Assembly: GCA_028687715.1 (NCBI GenBank)
Contig: JAQTZP010000001.1
Location: 103,876 to 167,875, forward strand
Length of the DNA stretch: 64,000 nucleotides
Direction: 5' to 3'
Source: Minisyncoccota bacterium
GTDB taxonomy: Bacteria > Patescibacteriota > Minisyncoccia > Minisyncoccales > GWA2-38-27
Shown here: one piece after another, positions 18,589-26,741 of the stretch
Numbering within the stretch: the stretch's first letter is position 1
Layout: the number at the start of each line of letters is the position of its first letter
The notes under the pieces: model-generated
The model's input: the letters and a program-made list of their open reading frames with translations, nothing else
What the model was told of the DNA's origin: nothing
Database searches by the model: none
Made by a program: the position numbers and the translations under genes

Positions 18589-19186
18589 ATTTTTTATTAA
18601 TAGGTTTCTTATTATTTAAAACTTCAACTGGCTTAGTTAAATAATTCTTTAAAGATTTCTTTGCCCTGTAAAGATGGGTTTTAACCGTATTTAAAGGGAT
18701 AGAAAGCGCATCTGCAATTTCCTGACAGCTTAAGTCCTGGCGGTAAAATAATATTAAGGCAGTTTTTTCCCTAGGGTTTAATTTCTCTAAGGCTCTATTG
18801 ATTTCATCAGTTATTTCTATTTCCTTGGATTTATCATCAGTATAAGGAAGATTATCTTCTGACACTCCCGGATAATGCCTGCTGGTGTTTGATAAGATGG
18901 GAATTGCGGCAAGTCTTTTCTTTTTGCGGAACCAGTCATAAGCTTTGTTTGTAGCTATTTTATAAACCCAGGATTTGAAATTAAGATCAGGCTTAATCTT
19001 ATTGATTTCCTTAAAAACCTTTATAAAGGTTTCTTGAGTAAGGTCTTCGGCGCTTTCTTTCTCGTTTACCAAGCGATAGATATAATTGAAAATTTGCTTT
19101 TCATAGAAATAAAGAATTTCTTCAAAAGCAGATAAGCTTCCGTTTCTTGCCGATATTAAGGTTTTTTTATTTATCTCAAAATCCAT
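18563..19186 (-). CDS. ECF-type sigma-70 family RNA polymerase sigma factor
   Basis: Region 2 (EDLTQETFIKVF...SWVYKIATN) and region 4 HTH (LSCQEIADALSIPLNTVKTHLYRAKK). Start chosen at MDFEINKK. Confidence 0.8.
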   Translation of the reverse strand: MDFEINKKTLISARNGSLSAFEEILYFYEKQIFNYIYRLVNEKESAEDLTQETFIKVFKEINKIKPDLNFKSWVYKIATNKAYDWFRKKKRLAAIPILSNTSRHYPGVSEDNLPYTDDKSKEIEITDEINRALEKLNPREKTALILFYRQDLSCQEIADALSIPLNTVKTHLYRAKKSLKNYLTKPVEVLNNKKPINKKYEFNFSTN

Positions 19187-19272
19187 AATTTGCCAATAAT
19201 AATATGTTTTTATCCGTTCTCTATTATATAATACGAATTGAAAATTATAAAGTTTCATTATAATATTAACTT

Positions 19273-19788
19273 ATGGATATTATAACTCATGCTTTAATAG
19301 GCAGGGCCATATCTTTATCTAAAAAAGAAACAAGGCGCAGTATTTATTTTGCCGTGTTTTTCAGTCTTTTAGCTGATTTAATTTCTCTTCCTTTATACCT
19401 TTATATCGGTTTTATCAATAATAGGCTGTTTTGGATTCCTTTAAACAGCGACTGGGACGGATTTAGGGATCTTCACCCTTTTCTATCAGCTTTATACGAT
19501 ATCCCTCACAGCGTATTTTTTCTTTTGATAGTGATTCTGCCCCTTGTTTTATTTTTTAAACTGCCCAAGATTTCTTTTTGGGCCTATGGCGCTCATCTTT
19601 TTTTAGACTTATTCAGCCATTACGGCGAATGGGCTCTTAAGCCGTTTTATCCATTAGGTTATAAGTTTGAAGGTTTTACAAACGGCTGGAGCTGGTCCAT
19701 TCAAAGCATGGCAATTTTATGGATTTCTATTATAATAATTATTATAGTTTCTAAAAAGTTATTATCATATAAATCAAAGAAAATATGA
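19273..19788 (+). CDS. Membrane-bound metal-dependent hydrolase (YdjM/DUF457-like)
   Basis: [10 protein letters not shown] start and conserved His residues (HS..., LFSHYGEW). Confidence 0.5.
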   Translation: MDIITHALIGRAISLSKKETRRSIYFAVFFSLLADLISLPLYLYIGFINNRLFWIPLNSDWDGFRDLHPFLSALYDIPHSVFFLLIVILPLVLFFKLPKISFWAYGAHLFLDLFSHYGEWALKPFYPLGYKFEGFTNGWSWSIQSMAILWISIIIIIIVSKKLLSYKSKKI

Positions 19789-20249
19789 AAACATTAATAT
19801 CAACGATTGTTTCTTTATCGGTTGTATGTTTATTTTTTTATCTCGGATATCACTATTTTAACAATATTAATTTAGAAGAAGAAAACAAACCAATAAATGA
19901 GGCAGTGAATATACAGAATCAGGAGCTAAAGATAGAGGTTTTAAAAGAAGGAGAAGGGGATGGGGCTGAAAACGGAGATTTATTGACAGTTGACTACACC
20001 GGCACCCTAGAGAATGGCGCTAAATTTGATTCAAGCATTGACAGAAAAACTCCTTTTGTTTTTACATTAGGCAAAGGAGAAGTTATTAAAGGTTGGGAGC
20101 AGGGGCTTTTAGGCGCAAAAGCAGGAGAAAAGCTTAAACTAATAATTCCTCCTAATCTCGCTTATGGAGAAAACGGAGTGTCAGGCTTAATACCTCCAAA
20201 CGCTGTACTGATTTTTGAAGTTGATGTTTTAGATATTGATAATGAGTAG
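19785..20249 (+). CDS. FKBP-type peptidyl-prolyl cis-trans isomerase, membrane-anchored
   Basis: [18 protein letters not shown]...[16 protein letters not shown]...PPNLAYG. Confidence 0.85.
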   Translation: MKTLISTIVSLSVVCLFFYLGYHYFNNINLEEENKPINEAVNIQNQELKIEVLKEGEGDGAENGDLLTVDYTGTLENGAKFDSSIDRKTPFVFTLGKGEVIKGWEQGLLGAKAGEKLKLIIPPNLAYGENGVSGLIPPNAVLIFEVDVLDIDNE

Positions 20250-20285
20250 CTTGACATAAGGGTTAATCATAATATAGAATATAAT

Positions 20286-20402
20286 AGTGTCCCGGGGAGG
20301 AAGAGGGAATTCTGCCGGCCGATAAGGATCGTGCCCGGTTGACAAGCAGTCCACTTCTTGGAAACCTTCAGTTTCCACTATTCTCTCTTCCTCCATTTTT
20401 TA
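20286..20402 (+). ncRNA. Candidate small RNA 'a': three-way-junction RNA closed by a 15-bp purine/pyrimidine helix plus U-tract
   Basis: TTGACA at 20251 with TATAGA 16 nt downstream. GGAGGAAGAGGGAAT (20296-20310) pairs with ATTCTCTCTTCCTCC (20380-20394) and is followed by ATTTTTTATTT. Internal hairpins are GGCCGAT-AAGG-ATCGTGCC and TGGAAAC-cttca-GTTTCCA. Confidence 0.55.
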
Positions 20403-20454
20403 TTTCAGCTCAAAAAACCTTGACACCTATATCTTGTTTTTATAAAATAAATAC

Positions 20455-20560
20455 AGCATCGTTCTCTGGGAGGGAAGAAGGGCCGGCTGGCGTTAAGAGA
20501 GTTCGTAGGCCCTCTTCCCTCCCTATATATAATTAGGCCTTTATTAGGCCTTTTCTTTTT
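20455..20560 (+). ncRNA. Candidate small RNA 'b': 16-bp purine/pyrimidine hairpin plus a separate terminator
   Basis: TTGACA (20420)-N17-TAAAAT (20443). GGGAGGGAAGAAGGGCC (20468-20484) pairs with GGCCCTCTTCCCTCCC (20508-20523), with one bulged A. Then the AGGCC..GGCCTTTTCTTTTT terminator (20535-20560). Confidence 0.55.
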
Positions 20561-20561
20561 C

Positions 20562-20570
20562 TGGTATAAT
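20562..20570 (+). promoter_or_regulatory. Extended -10 promoter (TGgTATAAT) that would give a leaderless rlmE mRNA
   Basis: TATAAT ends at 20570. The ATG at 20577 sits at the expected transcription start distance. Confidence 0.45.
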
Positions 20571-20576
20571 AAAGCA

Positions 20577-21182
20577 ATGTATCGAAAAGATTTAAAAGAT
20601 GAAGCATATACTATAAGGGCTAAAAGAGAGGGTTATCCCGCCAGGTCTGTGTATAAATTAAAAGAGATAGACGAAAAGTATAAAGTGTTTAAAAAGGGGA
20701 ACTTGGTTTTAGATTTGGGATCTAGTCCCGGTTCCTGGCTTATCTATATCTCAAATAAAATAGGAGAGAAAGGAAGGGTGGTGGGAGTTGATTTAGAAGA
20801 TATCAAGATTCCTTTATCAGGCAACATTCTTTTTATAAAAAAAGATATTTTAAATACAAAGCCTTTGGATTTATTGATATTAGGAAAAAAATACAATGTT
20901 TTAGTTTCTGATCTTTCGCCTAAGACTTCAGGATTAAAATCTTTTGACAGCGCTAAGTCCTTAGAGCTTTCAGAAAAATCATTGGAATTGGCGCATAATT
21001 TGTTAGAAAAAGGAGGGAACTTCATCTGTAAGATATTTGAAGGAGAATCAGTCAGCGATTTTTTTAAGAAAGTCTCAGATAGTTTTGAATTTGTAAAAAG
21101 ATTTAAGCCGAGAGCAAGCTTTAAAAAAAGCAAAGAGCTCTATATCATCGCCAAAGGATTCAAAAAGATATATGAAGATTAA
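20577..21182 (+). CDS. rlmE: 23S rRNA U2552 2'-O-methyltransferase RlmE/FtsJ
   Basis: RSVYKLKEID...VLDLGSSPGSWL...VSDLSP. Confidence 0.85.
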   Translation: MYRKDLKDEAYTIRAKREGYPARSVYKLKEIDEKYKVFKKGNLVLDLGSSPGSWLIYISNKIGEKGRVVGVDLEDIKIPLSGNILFIKKDILNTKPLDLLILGKKYNVLVSDLSPKTSGLKSFDSAKSLELSEKSLELAHNLLEKGGNFICKIFEGESVSDFFKKVSDSFEFVKRFKPRASFKKSKELYIIAKGFKKIYED

Positions 21183-21834
21183 AGTTCTCTACGAAGACAA
21201 CCATATAATCGCCGTTTATAAAGAATCCGGTATTTTAACTCAAGGAGACAACAGCAGAAAACCCAGTTTGCTTTCTGAAACAAAGAAATACCTTAAAAAG
21301 AAATACAATAAGACGGGCAATGTCTTTTTGGGTTTAGTCCACCGCTTGGATATGCCTGTTTCAGGTATTGTTTTATTTGCTAAAACCACAAAAGCCGCTT
21401 CAAGGCTTTCTCAAGAGTTTAGAAACCATAAAGTTGAAAAAGTTTATCACGCCGTAGTTATAGGAAAGCCTGAAAAAAAGAGCGGGGTTTTGATAAGCTA
21501 TATTGAGAAAGATAAAGATAGAAACAAGGTTAAGGTTTTCAATACCTTAAAGCCTAAATCCAAAAGAGCAGAGCTTTATTATGAGATTATAAAATCTAAC
21601 AATAAATATTCTCTTTTAAAGATCTGGATTAAAACCGGAAAGCCTCATCAGATAAGAGCCCAGCTTTCTTTTTTAGGCTGTCCTATTTTAGGGGATGTAA
21701 AATACGGAGCTTACAATCCTTTAGATGACAAAAGCATTATGCTTTGCGCCAATGAGATTTCTTTTAAGCTTACTACTCAAGACAAAATTAAAAAGATTTC
21801 AGTTCCTCTGCCCCGAGCCTTTAAATTGACATGA
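21172..21834 (+). CDS. RluA-family pseudouridine synthase
   Basis: HRLDMPVSGIVLFAKT catalytic Asp motif and GKPHQIRAQL. Confidence 0.85.
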   Translation: MKIKVLYEDNHIIAVYKESGILTQGDNSRKPSLLSETKKYLKKKYNKTGNVFLGLVHRLDMPVSGIVLFAKTTKAASRLSQEFRNHKVEKVYHAVVIGKPEKKSGVLISYIEKDKDRNKVKVFNTLKPKSKRAELYYEIIKSNNKYSLLKIWIKTGKPHQIRAQLSFLGCPILGDVKYGAYNPLDDKSIMLCANEISFKLTTQDKIKKISVPLPRAFKLT

Positions 21835-21859
21835 TATTTCAATCTGATACCATTATGAT

Positions 21860-22001
21860 AGTCCCTCTTTCAGCGGGGAAGGAGAACTTACGGGAAGAAA
21901 CGGCTTCCATCAACACATTGATTCTCTTGGCTTCGGCCAGAGACGAACCGTTTCTTATCTTTTGAGGCAGAGGCCTCATGCTCTCTTTCCCTGCTTTTTT
22001 T
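21860..22001 (+). ncRNA. Candidate small RNA 'c': multi-hairpin RNA closed by a 14-bp purine/pyrimidine helix plus U7
   Basis: TTGACA at 21826. AGCGGGGAAGGAGA (21872-21885) pairs with TCTCTTTCCCTGCT (21982-21995) and is followed by TTTTTTT. Internal helices are AAGAAACGG/CCGTTTCTT, a UUCG-capped hairpin (CTCTTGGC-TTCG-GCCAGAG) and GAGGC-agag-GCCTC. Confidence 0.55.
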
Positions 22002-22051
22002 ATACTTAAAGTATTCTATTTTTTTCAAATCCAAGCTATAATTTAATAATT

Positions 22052-23026
22052 ATGTCTATAGATATTATCTCAAAAATAAAAGAGGCCGGGCTGTTGGGGA
22101 AAAGCGGTTCTAATTTTCCAGTTTGGATAAAATGGGATTCGGTGAAAAAAGCTGATGCTTTAAAGAAATACGTTATTGCAAATGCCGCAGAAGGAGAGCC
22201 AGAGGTTTTCAAAGACGGCTTTATCTTAAACAATTATCCCAAAGAGGTTGTCTTAGGAATAAAAGCAGCTTTAAACTGCATTGAAAAAAGTTCAGGCTAT
22301 ATCTATTTAAGAAAAGATTACTATAATAAGTTTAAATACACTCTCAATAAACTGATTAAAGGGGCTGATATAAAGCTTTTTAAAAAAACAGGAGGGTATC
22401 TGTCTGGCGAGGAGACAGTGCTTTTGAATATAATAGAGGGCAGACTTTCTGAACCAAGGATTAAGCCTCCTTATCCGACTGAATCAGGGCTTTTTGGATA
22501 TCCTAGTTTAATAAATAATGTTGAGACATTTTACCGGGTCTCTAAGGTCTTAAAAGGTGAGTATAAAGATAACAGATTCTATTCTATTTCAGGGGATGTA
22601 AACAACAGAGGAGTTTTTGAATTTAAGACAGATTTAAACATCAGCCAGATTCTTAAAGAAAGCAATAACTTTCCTGATTTTGATTTCTTTGTTCAGGCAG
22701 GCGGAGGGATATCAGGAGAGATTCTTCTTCCTTCTGAACTTGGCAGGCCGTTAAAAGGAACAGGAGGGATAATTATCTATAACAGAAAGAGAACAAATCC
22801 CGCCTCATTAATAGTTAAGAAGCTGAAATTCTTAATGAATGAGAATTGCGATAAATGCGTTCCTTGCAGAGAAGGAATATACAGAATATTTGAAATGGTG
22901 AAAAATAATGATATTGATAAAGATAAGCTGAATGAGATAGTTTTCGCTTTGGAAGAAACAAGCTTATGCGGGCTGGGAAAATGTTCAGTTGTTTCTATTA
23001 AAGGTTTTTTCAATAAATTGTTATGA
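22052..23026 (+). CDS. NuoF/HydB-like flavoprotein subunit homologue with a divergent FMN-site motif
   Basis: ANAAEGEPEVFKDG, GGYLSGEETVLL, PRIKPPYPTESGLFGYPSLINNVET, and 4Fe-4S CDKCVPCREG...SLCGLG. The canonical RGGAGFPTG is replaced by KSGSNFPVW. Confidence 0.7.
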   Translation: MSIDIISKIKEAGLLGKSGSNFPVWIKWDSVKKADALKKYVIANAAEGEPEVFKDGFILNNYPKEVVLGIKAALNCIEKSSGYIYLRKDYYNKFKYTLNKLIKGADIKLFKKTGGYLSGEETVLLNIIEGRLSEPRIKPPYPTESGLFGYPSLINNVETFYRVSKVLKGEYKDNRFYSISGDVNNRGVFEFKTDLNISQILKESNNFPDFDFFVQAGGGISGEILLPSELGRPLKGTGGIIIYNRKRTNPASLIVKKLKFLMNENCDKCVPCREGIYRIFEMVKNNDIDKDKLNEIVFALEETSLCGLGKCSVVSIKGFFNKLL

Positions 23027-24729
23027 AAATACAAGCAATTATTGATGACAAGAGAATTGAATCGGAAGAAGGCAAGACAATCTTGGAAGCAGCCAAAGAT
23101 AACGGCATTAAAATACCTTCTCTTTGCTTCCATTCAGACCTTAGTCCCGGAGCAAGCTGCCGTTTGTGCCTTGTAGAGATAAAAGGGAGAAAAGGGCTTC
23201 ATACTTCCTGCTCTGTAAAGCTTGAGCATAATATGGAAATTAGGACAAAAAGCCCGGAGATAGAAAAAGCCAGGAGAATTAATCTAGAGCTTATCTTTTC
23301 CCAGCACATTGAAGAGTGCGATGACTGTTTGTTAAAGCTTAACTGCGAGCTTTTAAGGCTTGCTGATGAGTTCAAGGTTGAAATCACAAGATTTTCAGAC
23401 AGAAAAAAGAAATATCCCATCTATAAATTCGGTCCTTCACTTATTTTTGACAGCTCTAAATGCATTGACTGCAGAAACTGCGTAGAGGTTTGCCATATCC
23501 AGCAGGCAGATTTCTTAGAAGTTAAAAAAAGAGGCTGTTTCTATGAAATAGTTCCTTCAAAGAATAAAAAGAGAGACTGCATTTACTGCGGTCAGTGCTT
23601 AGTTCATTGTCCAGTTGGAGCTTTTGAAGCAGTTGGAGAGTTTGAAGATATAGAAAAGCCCTTAAAAAACAAAGATAAGGTTGTAGTGTTCCAGTTTGCC
23701 CCTTCTATAAGAACCAGCATCGGGGAGGAGTTTAATCTTGATTACGGAGCAATAGTTACAGAAAAGCTGGCAGCAGCAATAAGGAGGCTTGGGGCAGACA
23801 AAGTATTTGACGTAAGCGTTGGAGCTGATTTTACCACTTATGAAGAAGCCAAAGAATTAGTTGAAAGATTAAAAGGAGGAAAAAATCTTCCTATGTTTAC
23901 TTCCTGCTGTCCTTCCTGGGTAAAGTTTGTTGAGTTTTATTATCCCAAGCTTATTCCAAATCTAACATCTGTCAGATCGCCTCATATCATCTCCGGAGCC
24001 CTTATAAAAACCTATTGGGCTAAAAGAGAAAACATTAATCCCAAAAACATAGTTGTTGTATCTATTATGCCTTGTGTTGCCAAGAAGTACGAGATAAGAA
24101 GAAAAGAATTGAAAATAAAAGGAATTAAACCAGTTGATTATGTTTTGACAACCCGAGAGCTTGCCTGGCTGATTAGAAAAAGAAAGATAGATATAAAGAA
24201 TATAAAGGGGGAGGAGTTAGACAGCGCCTTAGGCATGCCCAGCGGTTCAGGCATAATCTACGGGGCCACAGGCGGAGTAATGGAATCAGCTTTGCGCCAG
24301 GTCTCTTATAATCTTTTAAAGCAGCCTATTGACATAGAATTTAAAAAAGTAAGAGGCATGGAGGGAGTTAAAAAGGCAGAATTGAGTATCGGGGGCGGAA
24401 TCATTAAAGCGGCGGTTGCAAGCGGAATAGGAAATGCCAAAAGGATTTTAGACGAGCTTAAGAAAAACCCAAAGCTCTATAATTATATTGAGGTAATGGC
24501 TTGTCCTGGGGGCTGTATCGGAGGAGGAGGCCAGCCAGTGCCTGCTGATAAAGAGATAAGGAGAAAAAGAGCAGAATCTTTATACTCTATAGATGATAAA
24601 AAAGAGATTAAGACAGCAGGGGAGAGTCCTATAGTTAAAAGAGTCTATGATGAGTTTCTAAATAATGAGAAGCTAATAAAAGATATCTGCCATACAAGAT
24701 ATTTTAAGAAAAAGAAGGAAGTGAAATAA
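23023..24729 (+). CDS. hydA: [FeFe]-hydrogenase catalytic subunit with N-terminal 2Fe-2S and ferredoxin-like domains
   Basis: H-cluster motifs TSCCPSW, MPCVAKKYE and EVMACPGGCIGGGGQP. N-terminal CRLCLVEI, CIDCRNCVEVC and CIYCGQCLVHCP. Confidence 0.9.
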   Translation: MKIQAIIDDKRIESEEGKTILEAAKDNGIKIPSLCFHSDLSPGASCRLCLVEIKGRKGLHTSCSVKLEHNMEIRTKSPEIEKARRINLELIFSQHIEECDDCLLKLNCELLRLADEFKVEITRFSDRKKKYPIYKFGPSLIFDSSKCIDCRNCVEVCHIQQADFLEVKKRGCFYEIVPSKNKKRDCIYCGQCLVHCPVGAFEAVGEFEDIEKPLKNKDKVVVFQFAPSIRTSIGEEFNLDYGAIVTEKLAAAIRRLGADKVFDVSVGADFTTYEEAKELVERLKGGKNLPMFTSCCPSWVKFVEFYYPKLIPNLTSVRSPHIISGALIKTYWAKRENINPKNIVVVSIMPCVAKKYEIRRKELKIKGIKPVDYVLTTRELAWLIRKRKIDIKNIKGEELDSALGMPSGSGIIYGATGGVMESALRQVSYNLLKQPIDIEFKKVRGMEGVKKAELSIGGGIIKAAVASGIGNAKRILDELKKNPKLYNYIEVMACPGGCIGGGGQPVPADKEIRRKRAESLYSIDDKKEIKTAGESPIVKRVYDEFLNNEKLIKDICHTRYFKKKKEVK

Positions 24730-24797
24730 TTGACATTAAAATCTTTAATGATAAACTGAAAATAGTCCTTTTTATGTCTTTTCTCAAGGAGAAAATC

Positions 24798-24884
24798 ATG
24801 AAGCCGAAGCACAGAATAAAGAAAGCATTGAATAGAATTCGTTCTAGAATAAGATGGTTTAGGCTCAAATTAAAGTTGTGTTAA
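24798..24884 (+). CDS. Candidate 28-aa highly basic micro-protein (MKPKHRIKKALNRIRSRIRWFRLKLKLC)
   Basis: It has its own TTGACA-N16-TGaTAAACT promoter (24730-24757), AAGGAGAAAATC before the ATG, and two hairpins downstream, the second followed by U7 (to about 24955). Not in the ORF track because it is under 60 aa. Confidence 0.35.
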   Translation: MKPKHRIKKALNRIRSRIRWFRLKLKLC

Positions 24885-25019
24885 GAGTTTTGGACGCTTC
24901 GTCCGTTTAATCTCTTAAGCCTTTAGCATATTTCTGCTGAGGGTTTTTTTACTCTCTTGCTTTTTAAAAATATAGGAGTTAGAATAATTTAATAAAGCAA
25001 TTAGAAGATTAATAATCTT

Positions 25020-26738
25020 ATGAAGAAGAAAAACAAAAGTAAAAAGCTGATGAGGAAAAAAGCAAAAGTTAGTTTTAAAAAGAATAAAGTCAATAGAAAG
25101 TTAAAATTAAGAACGGTAAAGAAGAAAAAGATTAAAAAGCCGCCAAAGAAGATTATAAAGAAGGAAAAGAAAATAAAAAGGCATAAGATTAAAAAGAAAG
25201 CTGTTAAGAAGCCAAAGGTTGCAAAAAAGAAGATAATATTAAAACCTAAGCATAAGAAAGTAATAAATCATCGTTTAGATGTTTTAGAGCCTGTTAAGAA
25301 ACAAAAAACTGAGAAAAAGGAGCCTGTTGAGAAAACTTCAGAAGACATCCATAAAACCAGAATCAGAGTAATAGGCATTGGAAGCGGAGGCGGCGCAATA
25401 GTCTCTGAAATTGTTTCCAGGATTAAAAAAGCTGATTTCTATGTTGCAAATACTGATGTCAGGGCTTTGGTTAATGCAGATAAAAGGACCAAAAAGTTTC
25501 AATTTGGCCAGAGCTTAACTCAAGGATTGGGAACGGGAATGAATGCCGAGATAGGGGAGTTGGCAGCGATAGAGGAAAAAGAAAGAATAAAAAAGCTTTT
25601 AGAGGGTCAGGATATTTGCATCATTATTGCCTGTCTGGGAGGAGGAACCAGCTCTGGCTCTACTCCGGTGTTTGCTAAAATATCAAAGGATTTGGGGAAT
25701 ATCACCTACGGCATCTTTACTCTTCCGTTTGAGTTTGAAGGAGAAAGAAAGATGGAGGCTGCGCTAAATGCCTTAGACAAGATAAAATCAAATTTCAATG
25801 TCTATACCGTTATTCCCAATGAAAGAATATTTGAAATCATTGATAAAAATACTCCTTTAAAAGATGCTTTATCCGCTATTAATAGAAGACTGGCTGATAA
25901 TCTTGAGGGTTTGATAGAAATGATATATCTGCCAGGTTTAATCAACATTGATTTCGCTGATTTAAGAACAGTTTTATCAGGCTCGGGCAGGCTCACTTAT
26001 TTAAATTCAATTAAGGTAGAAGGTCCTAACAGAGAAGAGGTAATAAAGAAATTAGTATCAAGCCCCTTATACTATTACACTCCAAAAGGAGCCAAGGGCA
26101 TATTGTATAATATAACAAGCGGCAGAAATCTTCAGCTTACAGATGTTTCCCAGATTTCAAATTTAATCAAAAGTTTTGCAAACAGAAACGCTAAGATTAT
26201 TTTCGGAATCAGCGAGAATTTAAAAGATAAAGAAAGCATTAAGATAACTTTTCTGGCATCAGGCTGCTTAGCCAAGGATTTTTTAGGACCTAAGTCATTT
26301 AAGCCTGAAGTAAAAAAGGTTAGAATAAAGAAAAAATCAAAGATTAGTTTGAAAAATAATAAGATAGAAGAGAAAAAGCCGTTAGTTGAGAAGAAAAAGA
26401 AGCCTTTGAAAAAGACTAGGCTTCAAGCAGGCGATAAAAGGAAAATAAAGATTACTTTTTCCAAATCAAAGCCCCAAGAGGAGCAGAAAAAGATTGCTCA
26501 AACTCCTCCGGCTCCAGAGATCTCTAAAACCGAACAAGGAGAGATTTCTCTTAAAGCAAGCGGTTTGGAGAAGAAATCTTTAGAACAGGTATTTACCGAA
26601 GGAGTAAAAGTAAGAAGGAACGCTTTAGAAGTTAAAAAAAGCATGGAGGCGGCTGAAAAAGAGATTTTAGACCAGGAAAAATTCTGGGAAACTCCAGCAA
26701 TATTAAGAAAGAAAAAAGAAGATTCTTTAGAGTCATAA
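25020..26738 (+). CDS. ftsZ: Cell division GTPase FtsZ with a 113-aa polybasic N-terminal extension and a long basic C-terminal linker
   Basis: Core IRVIGIGSGGGAIV, GLGTGMNAEIG, GGGTSSGSTP. C-terminal peptide ETPAILRKK resembles the FtsA-binding (D/E)IPAFLR. The N-terminus is about 50% Lys/Arg. Confidence 0.85.
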   Translation: MKKKNKSKKLMRKKAKVSFKKNKVNRKLKLRTVKKKKIKKPPKKIIKKEKKIKRHKIKKKAVKKPKVAKKKIILKPKHKKVINHRLDVLEPVKKQKTEKKEPVEKTSEDIHKTRIRVIGIGSGGGAIVSEIVSRIKKADFYVANTDVRALVNADKRTKKFQFGQSLTQGLGTGMNAEIGELAAIEEKERIKKLLEGQDICIIIACLGGGTSSGSTPVFAKISKDLGNITYGIFTLPFEFEGERKMEAALNALDKIKSNFNVYTVIPNERIFEIIDKNTPLKDALSAINRRLADNLEGLIEMIYLPGLINIDFADLRTVLSGSGRLTYLNSIKVEGPNREEVIKKLVSSPLYYYTPKGAKGILYNITSGRNLQLTDVSQISNLIKSFANRNAKIIFGISENLKDKESIKITFLASGCLAKDFLGPKSFKPEVKKVRIKKKSKISLKNNKIEEKKPLVEKKKKPLKKTRLQAGDKRKIKITFSKSKPQEEQKKIAQTPPAPEISKTEQGEISLKASGLEKKSLEQVFTEGVKVRRNALEVKKSMEAAEKEILDQEKFWETPAILRKKKEDSLES

Positions 26739-26741
26739 TTT

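Noticed and set aside
20286-20402. sRNA 'a' as SRP (4.5S) RNA
   Set aside because: It contains AAGCAG, but there is no GNRA-capped helix 8 with the symmetric and asymmetric loops. It folds as a three-way junction rather than a single long hairpin.
20339-20536. ORF 20339-20536 (+), 65 aa
   Set aside because: It spans the two hairpin sRNAs and their promoters. The translation is low-complexity and there is no start context.
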